DNA of 6,027 nt, taken from Octopus sinensis. Its lineage: Eukaryota. Of this stretch, positions 5,552 through 6,027 are shown piece by piece. Location: contig NW_021829484.1 of assembly GCF_006345805.1 (NCBI RefSeq), forward strand, positions 1 to 6,027. Direction: 5' to 3'. The position numbers and the translations under genes were made by a program. Within the stretch, counting starts at the first letter, position 1. Each line of letters begins with the position of its first letter. Below the pieces are notes generated by a model that was not told where the DNA came from, searched no databases, and saw nothing but the letters and a program-made list of their open reading frames with translations.

Positions 5552-5826
5552 GCACACACACACACACACACGCGCACACACACGCACACGCACACACATG
5601 CACACACACACACTCATGAGCAAGCACACGCACGTACAAACACATACACTATGTGGAAACTCGACGTATGTGTGCGTGTATGTGTGTGTAAATGTATATG
5701 CGTATGTGTGCGTGTATGTGTGTGTAAATGTATATGCGTATTTGTACACAAGCACACACACAAACACAGGCACACACACACACCGTTTGGAAACCCGTCG
5801 TGTATATAAATGAGCGTGCGTGTGTA
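5552..5826. repeat. Compound CA / TG / CA / TG microsatellite containing a perfect 36-bp tandem duplication
   Basis: CA-type 5552-5648, TG-type 5665-5745, CA-type 5746-5783, TG-type to ~5826. CGTATGTGTGCGTGTATGTGTGTGTAAATGTATATG is repeated exactly at 5665-5700 and 5701-5736. Confidence 0.9.
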
Positions 5827-5877
5827 ATTATCTCCAACACCGTTTAATAACTGCTATTAGTTTGCTTACGACCCCAT

Positions 5878-5879
<2 letters not shown>

Positions 5880-5913
<34 letters not shown>

Positions 5914-5995
5914 GTACACACAACATCCTCAGTTATATTCTCACCACCACCAATACTACCACCAATACCACCACCACCACTAATATCCCCACCAA
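5880..5995. repeat. (CA)n followed by degenerate (CCA)n/(ACCACCAAT)n
   Basis: (CA)15 at 5881-5910; accaccaccaatactaccaccaataccaccaccaccac at 5943-5979. Confidence 0.9.
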
Positions 5996-6027
5996 CAAAA
6001 CCCAAACTCTGCCTACTTACAAAAATC

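Noticed and set aside
5315-5840. ORFs 5315..5809, 5537..5779, 5598..5813 and 5649..5840
   Set aside because: Low-complexity CT, CA and TG translations.

Overview
AT-rich, repeat-dominated eukaryotic genomic DNA with no intact protein-coding gene. The SINE sequences match, from recall, the tRNA-derived families of Octopus (OK/OR1/OR2 type), so this is probably an octopus intron or intergenic segment; the species call is an inference. Contents: (i) many microsatellite and low-complexity tracts, which generate most ORFs in the track; (ii) eight full or partial SINE copies from three families; (iii) a decayed Tc1/mariner DD37D (maT-type) transposase on the minus strand (3927->2965); (iv) two minus-strand splice-acceptor-like sites with possible small host exons; (v) the most notable item, a compact type I hammerhead-ribozyme-like fold at 777-814 (+). 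It has complete stems I and II, a palindromic minimal stem III, and a non-canonical CUGUCGA(A) core, and lies in a ~200 bp Penelope-like/retrozyme-like repeat between microsatellites.
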